DNA of 32,000 nucleotides, from NCBI RefSeq assembly GCF_001481685.1, contig NZ_CP006867.1, positions 870,001 to 902,000 of the forward strand, in the 5' to 3' direction. Every line of letters begins with the position of its first letter. Positions within the stretch are counted from its first letter, which is position 1. Both the position numbers and the translations under genes were made by a program. The stretch is from Ignicoccus islandicus DSM 13165 (lineage in GTDB: Archaea > Thermoproteota > Thermoprotei_A > Sulfolobales > Ignicoccaceae). The notes below the pieces were generated by a model. The model was not told the DNA's origin, made no database searches, and saw only the letters and a list, made by a program, of their open reading frames with translations. Shown here in pieces: positions 18,909 to 28,904 of the stretch.

Positions 18909-20189
18909 TCACCTCCTCAAACACCACTTCAGAGCCTTCCAAATTCCCTTCCTAATCCACTTACCTTCCCTCAAGTACTTCAGCTGCGCTTCCTTCAGTT
19001 CTTCTATTCCAGTAATCTCAGCTACCTCTCTCAGAGTTAACCCTCTCTTGCCTATCTTCCTCTCAACGCATTTCCTAAACGCAACTGGCCATCTGAATAT
19101 CCAGTCCGCAATGAAGTCCCTAAGGGTCATGTAAGTAACCGCTAGCCCTCCAGCCGCTATCAGTACGTTCGTGAAAGCTCCACTCAAGTTCCAATTGACC
19201 TCTCCTGGACCCTTACTACCTAGAGGCGTTCTCACTTGAGTTCCTTGAGATGGAGGTTGAACGCCCCCAGTAGGGGCAATGACTTGAGGGGAACCGAGCT
19301 CGATCGCTTGAGGGGGCGAAGGGTCCCATGGTACCCATCCGTACCCAGGTACCCACACTTCAACCCAGAGGTGAGTGGGAGTCACGAACGTCCTAACGTT
19401 ACCGTTGATGTAGCTAACTGCGTATCCGTAAACCACCCTAGCCTTTATTCCCATGTCGTTCAAAAGTACCGCTGCCGCCGAGGCGAAGTGAACGCACATC
19501 CCCACTTTGGACTGAAATAGGAACCAGTCTACCGGGTCTCCTCCCGGGGCACCGGAATAGTATAGAGAGTACTGATAGTCTCCTCGCAACCAGTTCGTTA
19601 AGTAGTTCAATAAGGCCCTTAAAGGTCTGTACCTAAACTTCTCTAAGAGCTCGTTAGCTAAATTGATCACCCTGGGAGTGGACCATTGCGCTTTCTCTCC
19701 TAAAATAGAGTTAACCGTTACTGAGAGGGCTGGAAATTCCTCATAGGGATAAGGGTCCGAGTAGACCACTTTCACTTTCAATCTCATTGCGGAAGTGGTC
19801 ACCGTATCTCCGGAAAGCCTTCCGTTAACTACGGAAGGAGCCCAACCGGGCGCGGGTTGAGGGACGGGAAACGCCGGGTAAAGGAACACGGAGAACGGCG
19901 TAATGGCTACGGTGAACTCTTCGCCTCCTTGCCTTAGGGCATCGAAAGAACCTCCCGTCCTGACCCACTTTCCGTCCTGATATTTGTCGAAGGAGGCGAC
20001 GCGGAGGTACTTCGCGTGCGGTGGCGATACTACCGCGAGCACAGTTGAGTGGGACCTAGCGTCCCACGAGAACGGTATCTCCAATACGTTTCCGCTAGCT
20101 ATCGCACCGGAGCTTACCGGTTTCACGAAAGCCGTTCCCAAGTACGCCAGCGTCATTGAAACCAACAGAGCTACCACTAGCTTTATCAA
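18909..20189 (-). CDS. Transglutaminase-like domain membrane protein
   Basis: 'KVGMCVHFASAAAVLLNDMGIKARVVYGYAVSY...TPTHLWVEVWVPGYGWVPWDPSPP' Cys-His-Asp triad; N- and C-terminal TM segments. Confidence 0.9.
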   Translation of the reverse strand: MIKLVVALLVSMTLAYLGTAFVKPVSSGAIASGNVLEIPFSWDARSHSTVLAVVSPPHAKYLRVASFDKYQDGKWVRTGGSFDALRQGGEEFTVAITPFSVFLYPAFPVPQPAPGWAPSVVNGRLSGDTVTTSAMRLKVKVVYSDPYPYEEFPALSVTVNSILGEKAQWSTPRVINLANELLEKFRYRPLRALLNYLTNWLRGDYQYSLYYSGAPGGDPVDWFLFQSKVGMCVHFASAAAVLLNDMGIKARVVYGYAVSYINGNVRTFVTPTHLWVEVWVPGYGWVPWDPSPPQAIELGSPQVIAPTGGVQPPSQGTQVRTPLGSKGPGEVNWNLSGAFTNVLIAAGGLAVTYMTLRDFIADWIFRWPVAFRKCVERKIGKRGLTLREVAEITGIEELKEAQLKYLREGKWIRKGIWKALKWCLRR

Positions 20190-20235
20190 TGCCTAAGGCC
20201 CTCTCCGACCTCCCTCTATGAAGCGTTACAAAAGC

Positions 20236-20562
20236 TTAAGGCACTTCACTGGAGAAGTCGAACGGCTTCTTAGATCTCTTAAAGAGCTTATAGTACTCGC
20301 CGTCCTTTTCGACGTGGTAGCCCTTCACTTCCGCGACTTCCTCGTCTACTTCTCCCTTCAACGTTATGTCTACCTCGAACCTGCCGTCCAATACCCTCCA
20401 CCTTATTACGTGTTCTCCCTTGCTAGCAACTATACTGAAGCCTATCTTTTCCTCGCCTACCAAGTTCCTGACTACTGCCTTCCTCAAAGAGGTTTGGTAG
20501 TCCTTAGATTCGAGCATTCTCTTCACTTTTAAGGCCTCTCTTTCCATCTCCTCTTCCTTCAA
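20236..20562 (-). CDS. Hypothetical protein (108 aa)
   Basis: Open frame upstream of the transglutaminase gene, same strand. Confidence 0.5.
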   Translation of the reverse strand: MKEEEMEREALKVKRMLESKDYQTSLRKAVVRNLVGEEKIGFSIVASKGEHVIRWRVLDGRFEVDITLKGEVDEEVAEVKGYHVEKDGEYYKLFKRSKKPFDFSSEVP

Positions 20563-20643
20563 AGGCCCCTCCCCTAGTTAGCGCTTTCTAGAGCGGAAGG
20601 AATTATATTTTGAATATCGCTTAGTCCTTAGGGTAGTTGAGTT

Positions 20644-20952
20644 TTGATGGAAGGGAAAGTTTACGTCATAACTGACGAGACCACGTGTGCCCTCTTCAGG
20701 CTCATGGGGGCGGCCGTGGTCAAGAGCAACGATCCAGACGAAACTTTGAGGAAGCTTAAGGAGCTCTTGGGAAGGGAGGACGCAGCCGTAGTGCTAGTTT
20801 CCTACGACGTTGCCTACGGAAAGGAAGACGAAATTAGGGAAATAGCCTCTAAGGTCCCGAGACCAGTAATATCTCTTATTCCGGGCAGGAAGTTCAAGCC
20901 ACCGAAGCTGGATCCCAACGAGGTATTAATGAAGGCGTTAGGTTTCGGATGA
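20644..20952 (+). CDS. atpF: A/V-type ATP synthase subunit F
   Basis: 'KVYVITDETTCALFRLMGAAVV...VVLVSYDVA...RPVISLIPG' typical of A-ATPase F. Confidence 0.88.
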   Translation: MMEGKVYVITDETTCALFRLMGAAVVKSNDPDETLRKLKELLGREDAAVVLVSYDVAYGKEDEIREIASKVPRPVISLIPGRKFKPPKLDPNEVLMKALGFG

Positions 20953-20993
20953 GTTTAAACCCCATGCAATAGATAGATTGTGGGTGAGGAAAG

Positions 20994-21629
20994 ATGGCAG
21001 AGAAGCTCAAGTTCATTGGGAGCGTTGAAAACGTAACCGAAAAAGTAAGGGCGGACGCTTACAGCAAAATAGACGCCACAGTTGATGCTGCGCTCAAGGA
21101 GGCAAAGGAGCTTCTATCTAAGAAGCTAGATGAGGTATACGCCCCGTTAGAGGTCGAAATAGAGGGTCTATTAAATAGAGCCAGCCAGAGGCTCGAAGCT
21201 GAGAAAGCCTCCTTGGAAATGGAATTGAGGAAGAGGATAGAGGAGCTCAAGAAGCAGTACCTAAACGAAGTTATAGAGAAGGCGTGGGAGGTCGTTCTGA
21301 AGGAGGCGCGAGAAGGTAGCGAGAGATACGTGAAGACCTTAGAGAGGGCTCTGATTAACATGTCGAAGGAGGCCGGGGACGACGAAGTGGAGGTATACGC
21401 CTTGAAGAAGGACTTGGAGACCGTTAAGAGAATTATCGAAGAGAAGGGGTTGACCAACCTGAGCGTTGGTAAGAGCGCAGAGGAGGCCGGCCTAAGGATG
21501 AGCGGTGGAGTGATAGGCAAGTCCAAGAAGGGTTCGATATGGTACAACTACTCCTTAGAGAGGCTCTTCTCGGAGGTCGTGGAGGAACTTAAGCCCAAGG
21601 TTATAGAAATAATCTCCGAAGGTATCTAA
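20994..21629 (+). CDS. atpE: A/V-type ATP synthase subunit E
   Basis: Long N-terminal coiled coil and 'GLTNLSVGKSAEEAGLRMSGGVIGKSKKGSIWYNYSLERLF' C-terminal region. Confidence 0.85.
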   Translation: MAEKLKFIGSVENVTEKVRADAYSKIDATVDAALKEAKELLSKKLDEVYAPLEVEIEGLLNRASQRLEAEKASLEMELRKRIEELKKQYLNEVIEKAWEVVLKEAREGSERYVKTLERALINMSKEAGDDEVEVYALKKDLETVKRIIEEKGLTNLSVGKSAEEAGLRMSGGVIGKSKKGSIWYNYSLERLFSEVVEELKPKVIEIISEGI

Positions 21630-22453
21630 GTTTTTATCGCAATTACTCCTAGGGCCTCCTTGTACCTCCTGACCTTAAAGCCGACCTCGGTCAACCTCTT
21701 CGCCACTCCCCTAGCTAAGTCTACCCCTCTACTTCTACCGAAGTTACCGGTGTAATGGAAGAGTACGCCGCCTTCCTTCATGACCCTATAGAGTTGCGCG
21801 TAGAACTTCCGCGAATACAGTTCGCCAGCCATGGTTATCACTGGCGGGTCGTGAATTACCCTATCGAAGCTTTCGTCCTCGAACTCATTAATTAATTCGA
21901 ACGCGTCTCCTTTCAGTACCGTTGCTCCTTCCAATTCCTTGGACCAAGGGTTCCATTGAGCCAACTCAATAACTTCCTCGTTCAACTCAATAGTCACCAC
22001 TTCCGCGCCCCTTAGTAGGGAGGCTATGGCGGTATACCCCAGCCCCATACACGTGTCCAAGACCTTCATTCCAGGCCTTATTTTCAATGGGGCGACTTTG
22101 AGGAGAGTATCTCTCCAAGGATCAACGTTCTTCACTTGGTGCATGTGGATCCCATCTATCTCTAATGTTGGGTGACCGGGTTTCTCTAAAGGCTTGAGCT
22201 TGAAGTAATGCGTGGTTCTAATTTCGAGTGGAACGAGGCCTTCTTCAGTTACAGCGTAGAGCTTGCCCTCCTTTAGGTCGCTTAGCCGAAACCTCGTTCC
22301 GTTAACTTCTACGTTCTCGCCCCTTACCTCAACGCTGACCTTAGTCCCGTTCTCGTCTATGCTCCCGCTACCCAGACTTTCTATCCATTCCTTGCTTACT
22401 ACGGGATATCCCTTCCATCTAAAGCGAACTTTCAACCCATCGCTAGCCTCCAC
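21626..22453 (-). CDS. SAM-dependent methyltransferase
   Basis: 'PGMKVLDTCMGLGYTAIASLLRGAEVVTIELN...FDRVIHDPPVITMAGELYSRKFYAQLYRVMKEGGVLFHY'. Confidence 0.85.
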   Translation of the reverse strand: MEASDGLKVRFRWKGYPVVSKEWIESLGSGSIDENGTKVSVEVRGENVEVNGTRFRLSDLKEGKLYAVTEEGLVPLEIRTTHYFKLKPLEKPGHPTLEIDGIHMHQVKNVDPWRDTLLKVAPLKIRPGMKVLDTCMGLGYTAIASLLRGAEVVTIELNEEVIELAQWNPWSKELEGATVLKGDAFELINEFEDESFDRVIHDPPVITMAGELYSRKFYAQLYRVMKEGGVLFHYTGNFGRSRGVDLARGVAKRLTEVGFKVRRYKEALGVIAIKT

Positions 22454-22953
22454 GCCCTCTGAAGGAGTAGTTGATCCTTCTCTAAAGTTCCCCTAACGGC
22501 CTCAGTAACCATTTCTACGTCAGGATCTTCCACCCCCCTCGTGGCCACGCAGCTGTGTTTAGCTTTCACTAAGACGTAAACGCCCCTAGCTCCGGCCTCC
22601 ATTATTTTATCCGCTACCTTAGCTGTAAACCTCTCTTGGAGCATTGGTCTCTTCGCGAGCCATTTCACCATCCTAGGTATCTTGCTTAGACCTATCACCT
22701 TGTCCCTTTGGGGGTGGTAAACAACAGTTACTTTACCTATTATTGGTAGTAGGTGATGTTCACACAGAGAACTAAACGAAATGTCCTTGACAACTATTAA
22801 GTCGTTATCGCCGAGCTCGTATTCCGAGTCGAACACCTTCAATTCCGGCTCGGGTTCCTTCAATCCCCTCAAGAACTCCTCGAAAGCCCTAGCGTACCTT
22901 TCGGGAGTTTCCCTTAAGCCGGGGCGCTCAACGTCTTCACCGTATTTCCTCAA
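22432..22953 (-). CDS. folE: GTP cyclohydrolase I (type IA)
   Basis: 'ETPERYARAFEEFL', 'SLCEHHLLPIIGKVTVVYHP', 'GLSKIPRM', 'KHSCVATRGVED' with Zn ligands C/H/C. The frame stays open ~12 codons upstream of the called start. Confidence 0.93.
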   Translation of the reverse strand: MRKYGEDVERPGLRETPERYARAFEEFLRGLKEPEPELKVFDSEYELGDNDLIVVKDISFSSLCEHHLLPIIGKVTVVYHPQRDKVIGLSKIPRMVKWLAKRPMLQERFTAKVADKIMEAGARGVYVLVKAKHSCVATRGVEDPDVEMVTEAVRGTLEKDQLLLQRAWRLAMG

Positions 22954-23040
22954 GACTTCCCTTATGGCCCTCTCAAGTTCCTCCGTCTTCCTTCACCGCG
23001 TTGCATGAGTCAGAAGAGATTTAAAGGGGAAGCGAAGGGG

Positions 23041-24195
23041 CTAGTCAACGCCTAGATCCCTAGCCTTCGCGAAGCCTTCGGACGCCCTCTCGTATACCTT
23101 CTCCATGAATGACTTCAGTAGCCGCGTCCCGCTTTCAGGATCCATTACTTTGGGAACTGGGATCTCCTCGACCCATAAGCTCTTGTACATTCGGTTCACA
23201 TTCTCTGAGGATAGTTCGTCCCCCTCCAAGCCTTTCTTCATCTTGTATAACTTTTTCCCTAATATCGGACTAAACCTCCAATAATGTCCCTCTAGGAACT
23301 CTTCCCACGTTATTCCGTAGTCGTGCTTCTTGAAAGAAGCCCTCATTGCTTCTTCTATTAAGCCCGGGTCCTTCACCAACTTCCAGTCTTCTTCCGTGAA
23401 TTCGTGCAGGGCCCTATATGGACAGAAGGCACACGCCACTCTAGGTAGTCCCATTAAGTAATCCGGATGTACGGCGTTTGCGTCCCTAACTGCTTTGACT
23501 ACATCTATTAGAGTTAGGGCATAGATGGGCCTCACCCTAATTCCATCGAATAGCTTGCCTCCCTTCAATCTCTTGAACCTCTTCAAGGACTCGGTCATCC
23601 TTTCCCCGTCTGCTCTGGCCCAGTCCTTGTGTTCCTTCAATACCTTCTTTATTGGCCTCACCTTCATTGTAGTGCACCATCTATTTCCTCGGAAGGGCAT
23701 CCCTTGCTTGAGCATGTGTCTCATTACTTCCTCTTCGGGGGCTAGGATCTCCAGCTTAGCACCTAACTTATTACTGACCCTCTCTACGAAGTCAATGTTC
23801 CTTTCAGGTTCTAGGAAGGTCACGTGGGAGTATAATAAGAGAACGTCCGCACCAGCATCTATTAACGCCTTCGCCGCAGCGATGCTGTCCTTACCCCCAG
23901 AGAAGTTCAAGACCACCTTCAATCCTTGGGGTATCTGTTTGCCCAGCCAGTCTACGTATTCCTCCCAGTTCCACGCTATAGAAACGTAAGGCCAAGGGAT
24001 GTCCTCGAAGAAGCGCGGGAAGTTCAGCTTCTCGCCGTTCGCTTCTAAGACGGGCCACTTAATCAAATCGGTAACGTCAACAGCCCTTTCGTTAGTTATC
24101 CATAGGTAGTATTTCCCGTTTAAGAACGTGAAGTCCGTTGAGGAGTTCAACCAGCCCAGTATTCGCCCCTTATCTATGTAAGGATACCTTTCCAC
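23041..24195 (-). CDS. PAPS reductase-family (adenylyl/sulfur-transferase like) protein
   Basis: 'GLKVVLNFSGGKDSIAAAKALIDAG', 'GNRWCTTMKVRPI', 'ACAFCPYR'. Confidence 0.85.
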   Translation of the reverse strand: MERYPYIDKGRILGWLNSSTDFTFLNGKYYLWITNERAVDVTDLIKWPVLEANGEKLNFPRFFEDIPWPYVSIAWNWEEYVDWLGKQIPQGLKVVLNFSGGKDSIAAAKALIDAGADVLLLYSHVTFLEPERNIDFVERVSNKLGAKLEILAPEEEVMRHMLKQGMPFRGNRWCTTMKVRPIKKVLKEHKDWARADGERMTESLKRFKRLKGGKLFDGIRVRPIYALTLIDVVKAVRDANAVHPDYLMGLPRVACAFCPYRALHEFTEEDWKLVKDPGLIEEAMRASFKKHDYGITWEEFLEGHYWRFSPILGKKLYKMKKGLEGDELSSENVNRMYKSLWVEEIPVPKVMDPESGTRLLKSFMEKVYERASEGFAKARDLGVD

Positions 24196-24232
24196 TATTC
24201 CTCCTTCGATAGTTTCAAAAGCGGAAAGTAAA

Positions 24233-25918
24233 TTAGTACTTGCGTTCCTCTGGGGGCCACCTAGTTATCACTACCGGTTCCTTTTCCATTACCCATTCGC
24301 CTCTCCAACTCATTACAGTGTGGTAGAGCCATTCGGAGTCGTTCCTCTTCGGATAGTCCGTCCTAAAGTGGGCGCCCCTGCTTTCCCTTCTCCATAATGC
24401 AGCAGTAGCTACTGCGTAGGCGTTGAAGACCATGTTTATGGTTTCGTGCACTGCTACCAGTTCGTAAGCTCCCGGTCCCTTCTCGCCCTTTACGTACTTG
24501 GAAAGCCTCAGTAGCTCAGCAATTTCCTTCAAAGCTTCCTTCAACCCTTCCTCGTTCCTCTCTATTCCTACCTTCTCCCACATTACCTCACCGAGCCTCT
24601 TCCTTATCTCACCGAAGGGGAGCCCGCTCTCAATTGTGGTTGGTGCCCACAACCTCGCCTCGGCTTCCCTCAATGCCTCCTTCGGGGGTTCGGGATAGCT
24701 CCTACTCAGAGCGTAAGACGCAGCTGCCATCCCGGCCCTCCTACCGAAAACTAGGGTCTCCAGGAGCGAGTTGGATCCCAACCTATTAGCTCCGTGAACG
24801 CTAACGCAAGCGGCTTCCCCTGCTGCGAACAGACCCTTAACGTTAGTAGCCCCATCTAGGTCAGTTTTCACACCGCCCATCGTGTAGTGGGCGGCGGGCC
24901 TAACTGGAATTGGCTCCTTAACGGGATCTACCTTGGCGAACTTTATGGAGACTTCCCTTACTAGGGGCAACCTCTCCTTTATCTTCTCTTCACCTAAATG
25001 GGTTAAGTCCAGCAGCACGTAACCGCCTTCGAACCCCCTACCTTCCCTTATCTCGTTTACTATTGCCCTAGCCACTAAGTCCCTCGGAGCTAGCTCCATC
25101 CTGTCGGGGGCGTATCTCTTCATGAAACGTTCGCCTTCCTTGTTTATCAAGTATCCCCCTTCGCCCCTCGCTGCCTCTGTAATTAGAATGTTAGTTGGAT
25201 AAAGGGCGGTTGGATGGAACTGTATGAACTCCATGTCGGCCAGTTTCGCTCCAGCCCTAGCGGCTATCGCGTAACCATCGCCCGAATTGAGGTAGCTGTT
25301 CGTTGAGAACTTGTACATGAGTCCCCCTCCGCCAGTAGCGAGCACCACGCTCTTACTCTTTATAAAGATATCTTCGCCGCTTTTCACGTCGAAGCCGTAA
25401 ACCCCGTAAACCCTTTCCCCATCGCTAACGACGTCGGTGACGTAGAACTCGTAGAGCATTTCCACTCCTTCCGCCAATGCTCTCTCGAAAGCGGTGTGGA
25501 GCAAACACATACCGGTTTTGTCCGCAGCGAACCTCGTTCTCGGGTAAGTGTGGCCACCGAAAGGCCTCCTCGCTATCTTCCCATCCGGGTCCCTGGAAAA
25601 CAAGCACCCCCATTTCTCCATCTCAATTATGGCCCTTTCAGCGTCCTTCGTCATTAGTTCCACGGCGTCTTGATCTGCCAACCAATCCGAGCCCTTTACG
25701 GTATCGTAGGCGTGTTGGAGAGGCGAATCGTTCGGATCCGAAGCTCCTTCTATATATGCAGCGATCCCTCCCTCTGCGGCTGAGGAATGGCTTCGGAGGG
25801 GGTGGGATTTAGCAACTAATAGAACTGAGGCTCCGAGCCTCTTGGCCTCGATCGCCGCTCTCAGCCCGGCTAGCCCACCCCCAACAACGAGAACGTCAAA
25901 AGGACCTATCTGTTCCAA
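24233..25918 (-). CDS. sdhA: Succinate dehydrogenase/fumarate reductase flavoprotein subunit
   Basis: '[28 protein letters not shown]', '[11 protein letters not shown]', '[11 protein letters not shown]', '[21 protein letters not shown]', 'HYTMGGV', '[19 protein letters not shown]'. Confidence 0.93.
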   Translation of the reverse strand: MEQIGPFDVLVVGGGLAGLRAAIEAKRLGASVLLVAKSHPLRSHSSAAEGGIAAYIEGASDPNDSPLQHAYDTVKGSDWLADQDAVELMTKDAERAIIEMEKWGCLFSRDPDGKIARRPFGGHTYPRTRFAADKTGMCLLHTAFERALAEGVEMLYEFYVTDVVSDGERVYGVYGFDVKSGEDIFIKSKSVVLATGGGGLMYKFSTNSYLNSGDGYAIAARAGAKLADMEFIQFHPTALYPTNILITEAARGEGGYLINKEGERFMKRYAPDRMELAPRDLVARAIVNEIREGRGFEGGYVLLDLTHLGEEKIKERLPLVREVSIKFAKVDPVKEPIPVRPAAHYTMGGVKTDLDGATNVKGLFAAGEAACVSVHGANRLGSNSLLETLVFGRRAGMAAASYALSRSYPEPPKEALREAEARLWAPTTIESGLPFGEIRKRLGEVMWEKVGIERNEEGLKEALKEIAELLRLSKYVKGEKGPGAYELVAVHETINMVFNAYAVATAALWRRESRGAHFRTDYPKRNDSEWLYHTVMSWRGEWVMEKEPVVITRWPPEERKY

Positions 25919-25954
25919 GACGCATTCTCCGAAAGATAGTTGCTTGAGGACTTA

Positions 25955-26554
25955 TCACGCTTTCGCGGAGTTCGCTAGGAGCTTCCTTAAGGCGTCCAAG
26001 GCGTCCTCACAGAGCTTAGTTGCCAAGTACTTGATTGCTTTCTCTATTGCTTCCTTCCTAACGTTAATACCTTTGCCTTCCAAGCATCTAATGACTTCCC
26101 CTATTTCCGAGTCTACTCTGAGGCTCTCCGGTTTGCTCTTAAATGAAAAAGCGCTTTCTCGTTCGAGTCTCTTGTAGTACTCGCACACATTATATATTAG
26201 CCAGAATCGGGGCGCCCAGCTCCTTGGCCTAAAGCACTCGTTCTTATATTTAGATACAAGTTCGTTTAAGTCGAAGTCGCAAGAAACGCCCCTTTCTTTC
26301 GCCAGTTCAGCTACAGCTTCCGAAATCGCGTAATCTATGCATTCCCCTAAAGCGCTCCTCAATCCTACTCTCTTCGGTAGACCGGACTCTAGTTCCTTCA
26401 AGTCGGACGAGTCCAAGAATCCCTTTTTCAATACCAGCTTCCTAAGTAGATTTAGAATCAGTAGTACGCTGTTATCGGATATTCTGGCGCTGATCGTCAC
26501 CGTCTTCTTGGACGCCCTTTCGTTCGGAAGTAGACGCTCTCTCCTGGACATCAA
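25955..26554 (-). CDS. Hypothetical protein with possible N-terminal ribbon-helix-helix
   Basis: 'KKTVTISARISDNSVLLILNLLRKL' resembles an RHH strand-helix; 69 nt downstream of the ParA-like gene on the same strand. Confidence 0.55.
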   Translation of the reverse strand: MMSRRERLLPNERASKKTVTISARISDNSVLLILNLLRKLVLKKGFLDSSDLKELESGLPKRVGLRSALGECIDYAISEAVAELAKERGVSCDFDLNELVSKYKNECFRPRSWAPRFWLIYNVCEYYKRLERESAFSFKSKPESLRVDSEIGEVIRCLEGKGINVRKEAIEKAIKYLATKLCEDALDALRKLLANSAKA

Positions 26555-26623
26555 TATACCTCAAGTTCTTTCTTAGGAAGAGATGTGATTAAGCTCTTGC
26601 GTCTGGATTTGTATATGGTTCGA

Positions 26624-27544
26624 TTACGCGGGACCTATGTAATTACAAGTAGGCCCCTTCTCTTCACTTAAGAATCTATCCACTAGCGTGTAGAGGAATC
26701 GAGCGCTCTTGGAAGCGCCCTTGTAGGGGCTGACCGAAACGCTCAGAACGTTCCTTAGCCTACCTATACCCGCATCGTAAAACGTTGCGTCGAAGGGAAT
26801 CACCACCAAGTTTTCAGCCCTTACCTTTTCACACACTGGTTTAAACACGCTCCTAGCCCAAGTGATTGAGTCTTTCGTAGGCTTCACCATGTTTACAACC
26901 AAGGCCCCTATCCTCATTCCCTCGAGCTTAGGGAATATCAACTTAGAGGACAAGAGTTCGGCGCTCCATGGGGAGGAGTCGACCACGATAACCAAGTTTC
27001 CCGAAGTAACTCTCAACATATTTATTGATAGCGTTAGTTGACCGAGAGCGACCCAAGTGATCGCGGGGTAGTCGTTAATCACGTAGTCATACCTCGTTCT
27101 CAAGAACTTTATTAGCTCTCTGCATCTCCTTATGTACTCCTCAGGTTTCTCATACATTAAGCTGAAATATTCGTCAACTGTTCCATTGTCAATGTCCTCG
27201 TAGCTTAGGGCGGGAAATACGTCTACCTTAGAACTGGGTGAGATGTTTACGCTGTATAACGCTAGGTTCCTTAAGGCTCTATCGAAATCCTTCGAACTAA
27301 CTACTTTCACGAGAGTGTGCCCGGAAGGAGGTAACCTCTGATACGCCCTTTGCGTCATTCTAGGGTTAACTACGTCCCAATCTATCAGAACGACCCTTTT
27401 CTCGGTTATAAAGGATATGAGACTACCCATTTCTATGGCCATGGTGGTCCTTCCAGCACCCCCCTTTGTGGACCCGAAGCCGATAACGTGAGGGTCGCCG
27501 ATCGGCTCCTCCAACCACGTCTTTTTCTTGAATATCGGTAGCAC
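26624..27544 (-). CDS. ParA/MinD-family ATPase with deviant P-loop
   Basis: 'VIGFGSTKGGAGRTTMAIEMGSLISFITEKRVVLIDWDVVNPRMT' and 'YDYVINDYPA'. Confidence 0.85.
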   Translation of the reverse strand: MLPIFKKKTWLEEPIGDPHVIGFGSTKGGAGRTTMAIEMGSLISFITEKRVVLIDWDVVNPRMTQRAYQRLPPSGHTLVKVVSSKDFDRALRNLALYSVNISPSSKVDVFPALSYEDIDNGTVDEYFSLMYEKPEEYIRRCRELIKFLRTRYDYVINDYPAITWVALGQLTLSINMLRVTSGNLVIVVDSSPWSAELLSSKLIFPKLEGMRIGALVVNMVKPTKDSITWARSVFKPVCEKVRAENLVVIPFDATFYDAGIGRLRNVLSVSVSPYKGASKSARFLYTLVDRFLSEEKGPTCNYIGPA

Positions 27545-27691
27545 TGCTGTAACCCCTTATTCTTTTGGGCCTATGAATAGTGCGTCCGAATAGAGATAAA
27601 ACTCTCATCTTTTACTATCTAGTCACCTCCTTAGAATATTTTACAGTGTCAAAAACCTTAGCTGGATCATTTGAAAAGCCACGCCTTTCAC

Positions 27692-28825
27692 CTAAGCTCG
27701 TTTTATAACTGATAGAATCAAGGAGATGGACATCAAGGTTACTCCGAGTAGAAGTAACGCTTTCACCGGTTTCTCGTTTTTAGTACCGGCTAAGAGATGA
27801 AATCCGCTTAGAACAATTATGACTGAGCTGATTAAGAAAGCATTCGAAATCAATACGGTTGCAATGTCTAGAGAATTAGCTATTGTGAAAATGTTGGCTA
27901 GAACTACGCTGATCAATGTGGCGAACAATCCCAGTAATTCAGCTTGCTTGATCCTTTCCGATTCCATCTGCTCTTTCAATTCCTCACGGAACTCGTCGAC
28001 CTTCCTCTCAATTTCGTGAATGTACTTCCTCAGGTTCTCCTCAAACTCTATCTTAGTTAAGAGGCGTACGTAGTCATTGATTCTAAGGACGTAGTCTGAC
28101 TTCCTAGGATCCTCTAGGTCTATTGCGCGTAACAACATCCGCTTAGCTCTTTTAAAATCTCCTTGGAGAGCCAAGAACCTTCCGTAGGTCGCGTAGAACT
28201 TCGGGTAATTATAGATGAGTATCTTATGGAGGGCTTCGCGCGCTTCCTCGATGTAGTTCTCGTCCAACTTCTCCCCTTTCTCAAGTAATATTACTACGGT
28301 TTCCGCGAAGTTATGGAGTATTCCGGCGTGGTTCGGAACCCTCTTTGCTAGTAGATAGCTTATCCGGAGGGCTTCCCGAAGTTCGTTCTCATCATCGGAA
28401 GCTTTTAGCGTCATTACTTTCAAGTGCTGGAAAAACGGGTGCTCTGAGAACTCGCCTTCAAACTCTTTCGTTATTTTCGATAAATAACTTATGTTCTTAA
28501 GTCTCCGATGATAGATATGTAGTAACGTAAGCAGTTTCAGACGCGAATCAGGACTTAGAACCTCCTTAGCTTCGGGAGAACGGAGTATTTTCTCGATTGT
28601 CGACACAAACTCCGGATTGCTTTCGAGGTAGTACTCTACTATTTTCGTGAGAATCAATTCGGTTTCCCTAACAAGGAGGTCTCCGAGGCTTTCCAGAAAC
28701 TCGTTTAACCTTTTAAGAACGTCTAGTTTCGACCCTTCATTGGAATTGAATTCGTTCAATAGGTCTCGCAACTTCGTTATGAACGACGATTCGTCAATTC
28801 TCATCATAGGACTATGCCCCTCCAT
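27692..28825 (-). CDS. Helical-repeat (TPR-like) protein with C-terminal transmembrane segments
   Basis: Repeated helical units ('AEVVILLEKGEKLDENYIEEAREALHKILIYNYPKFYATYGRFLALQGDFKRAKRMLLRAIDLEDPR' region), coiled coil, then about 3 hydrophobic segments. Confidence 0.65.
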   Translation of the reverse strand: MEGHSPMMRIDESSFITKLRDLLNEFNSNEGSKLDVLKRLNEFLESLGDLLVRETELILTKIVEYYLESNPEFVSTIEKILRSPEAKEVLSPDSRLKLLTLLHIYHRRLKNISYLSKITKEFEGEFSEHPFFQHLKVMTLKASDDENELREALRISYLLAKRVPNHAGILHNFAETVVILLEKGEKLDENYIEEAREALHKILIYNYPKFYATYGRFLALQGDFKRAKRMLLRAIDLEDPRKSDYVLRINDYVRLLTKIEFEENLRKYIHEIERKVDEFREELKEQMESERIKQAELLGLFATLISVVLANIFTIANSLDIATVLISNAFLISSVIIVLSGFHLLAGTKNEKPVKALLLLGVTLMSISLILSVIKRA

Positions 28826-28904
28826 TGTCGCTCACAAGCTCGTCCGCTTTCCATGGGCACTCCTTCCTCTTATTCTTAACTAATTAAAGAAGTTAGTACT
28901 AAAT

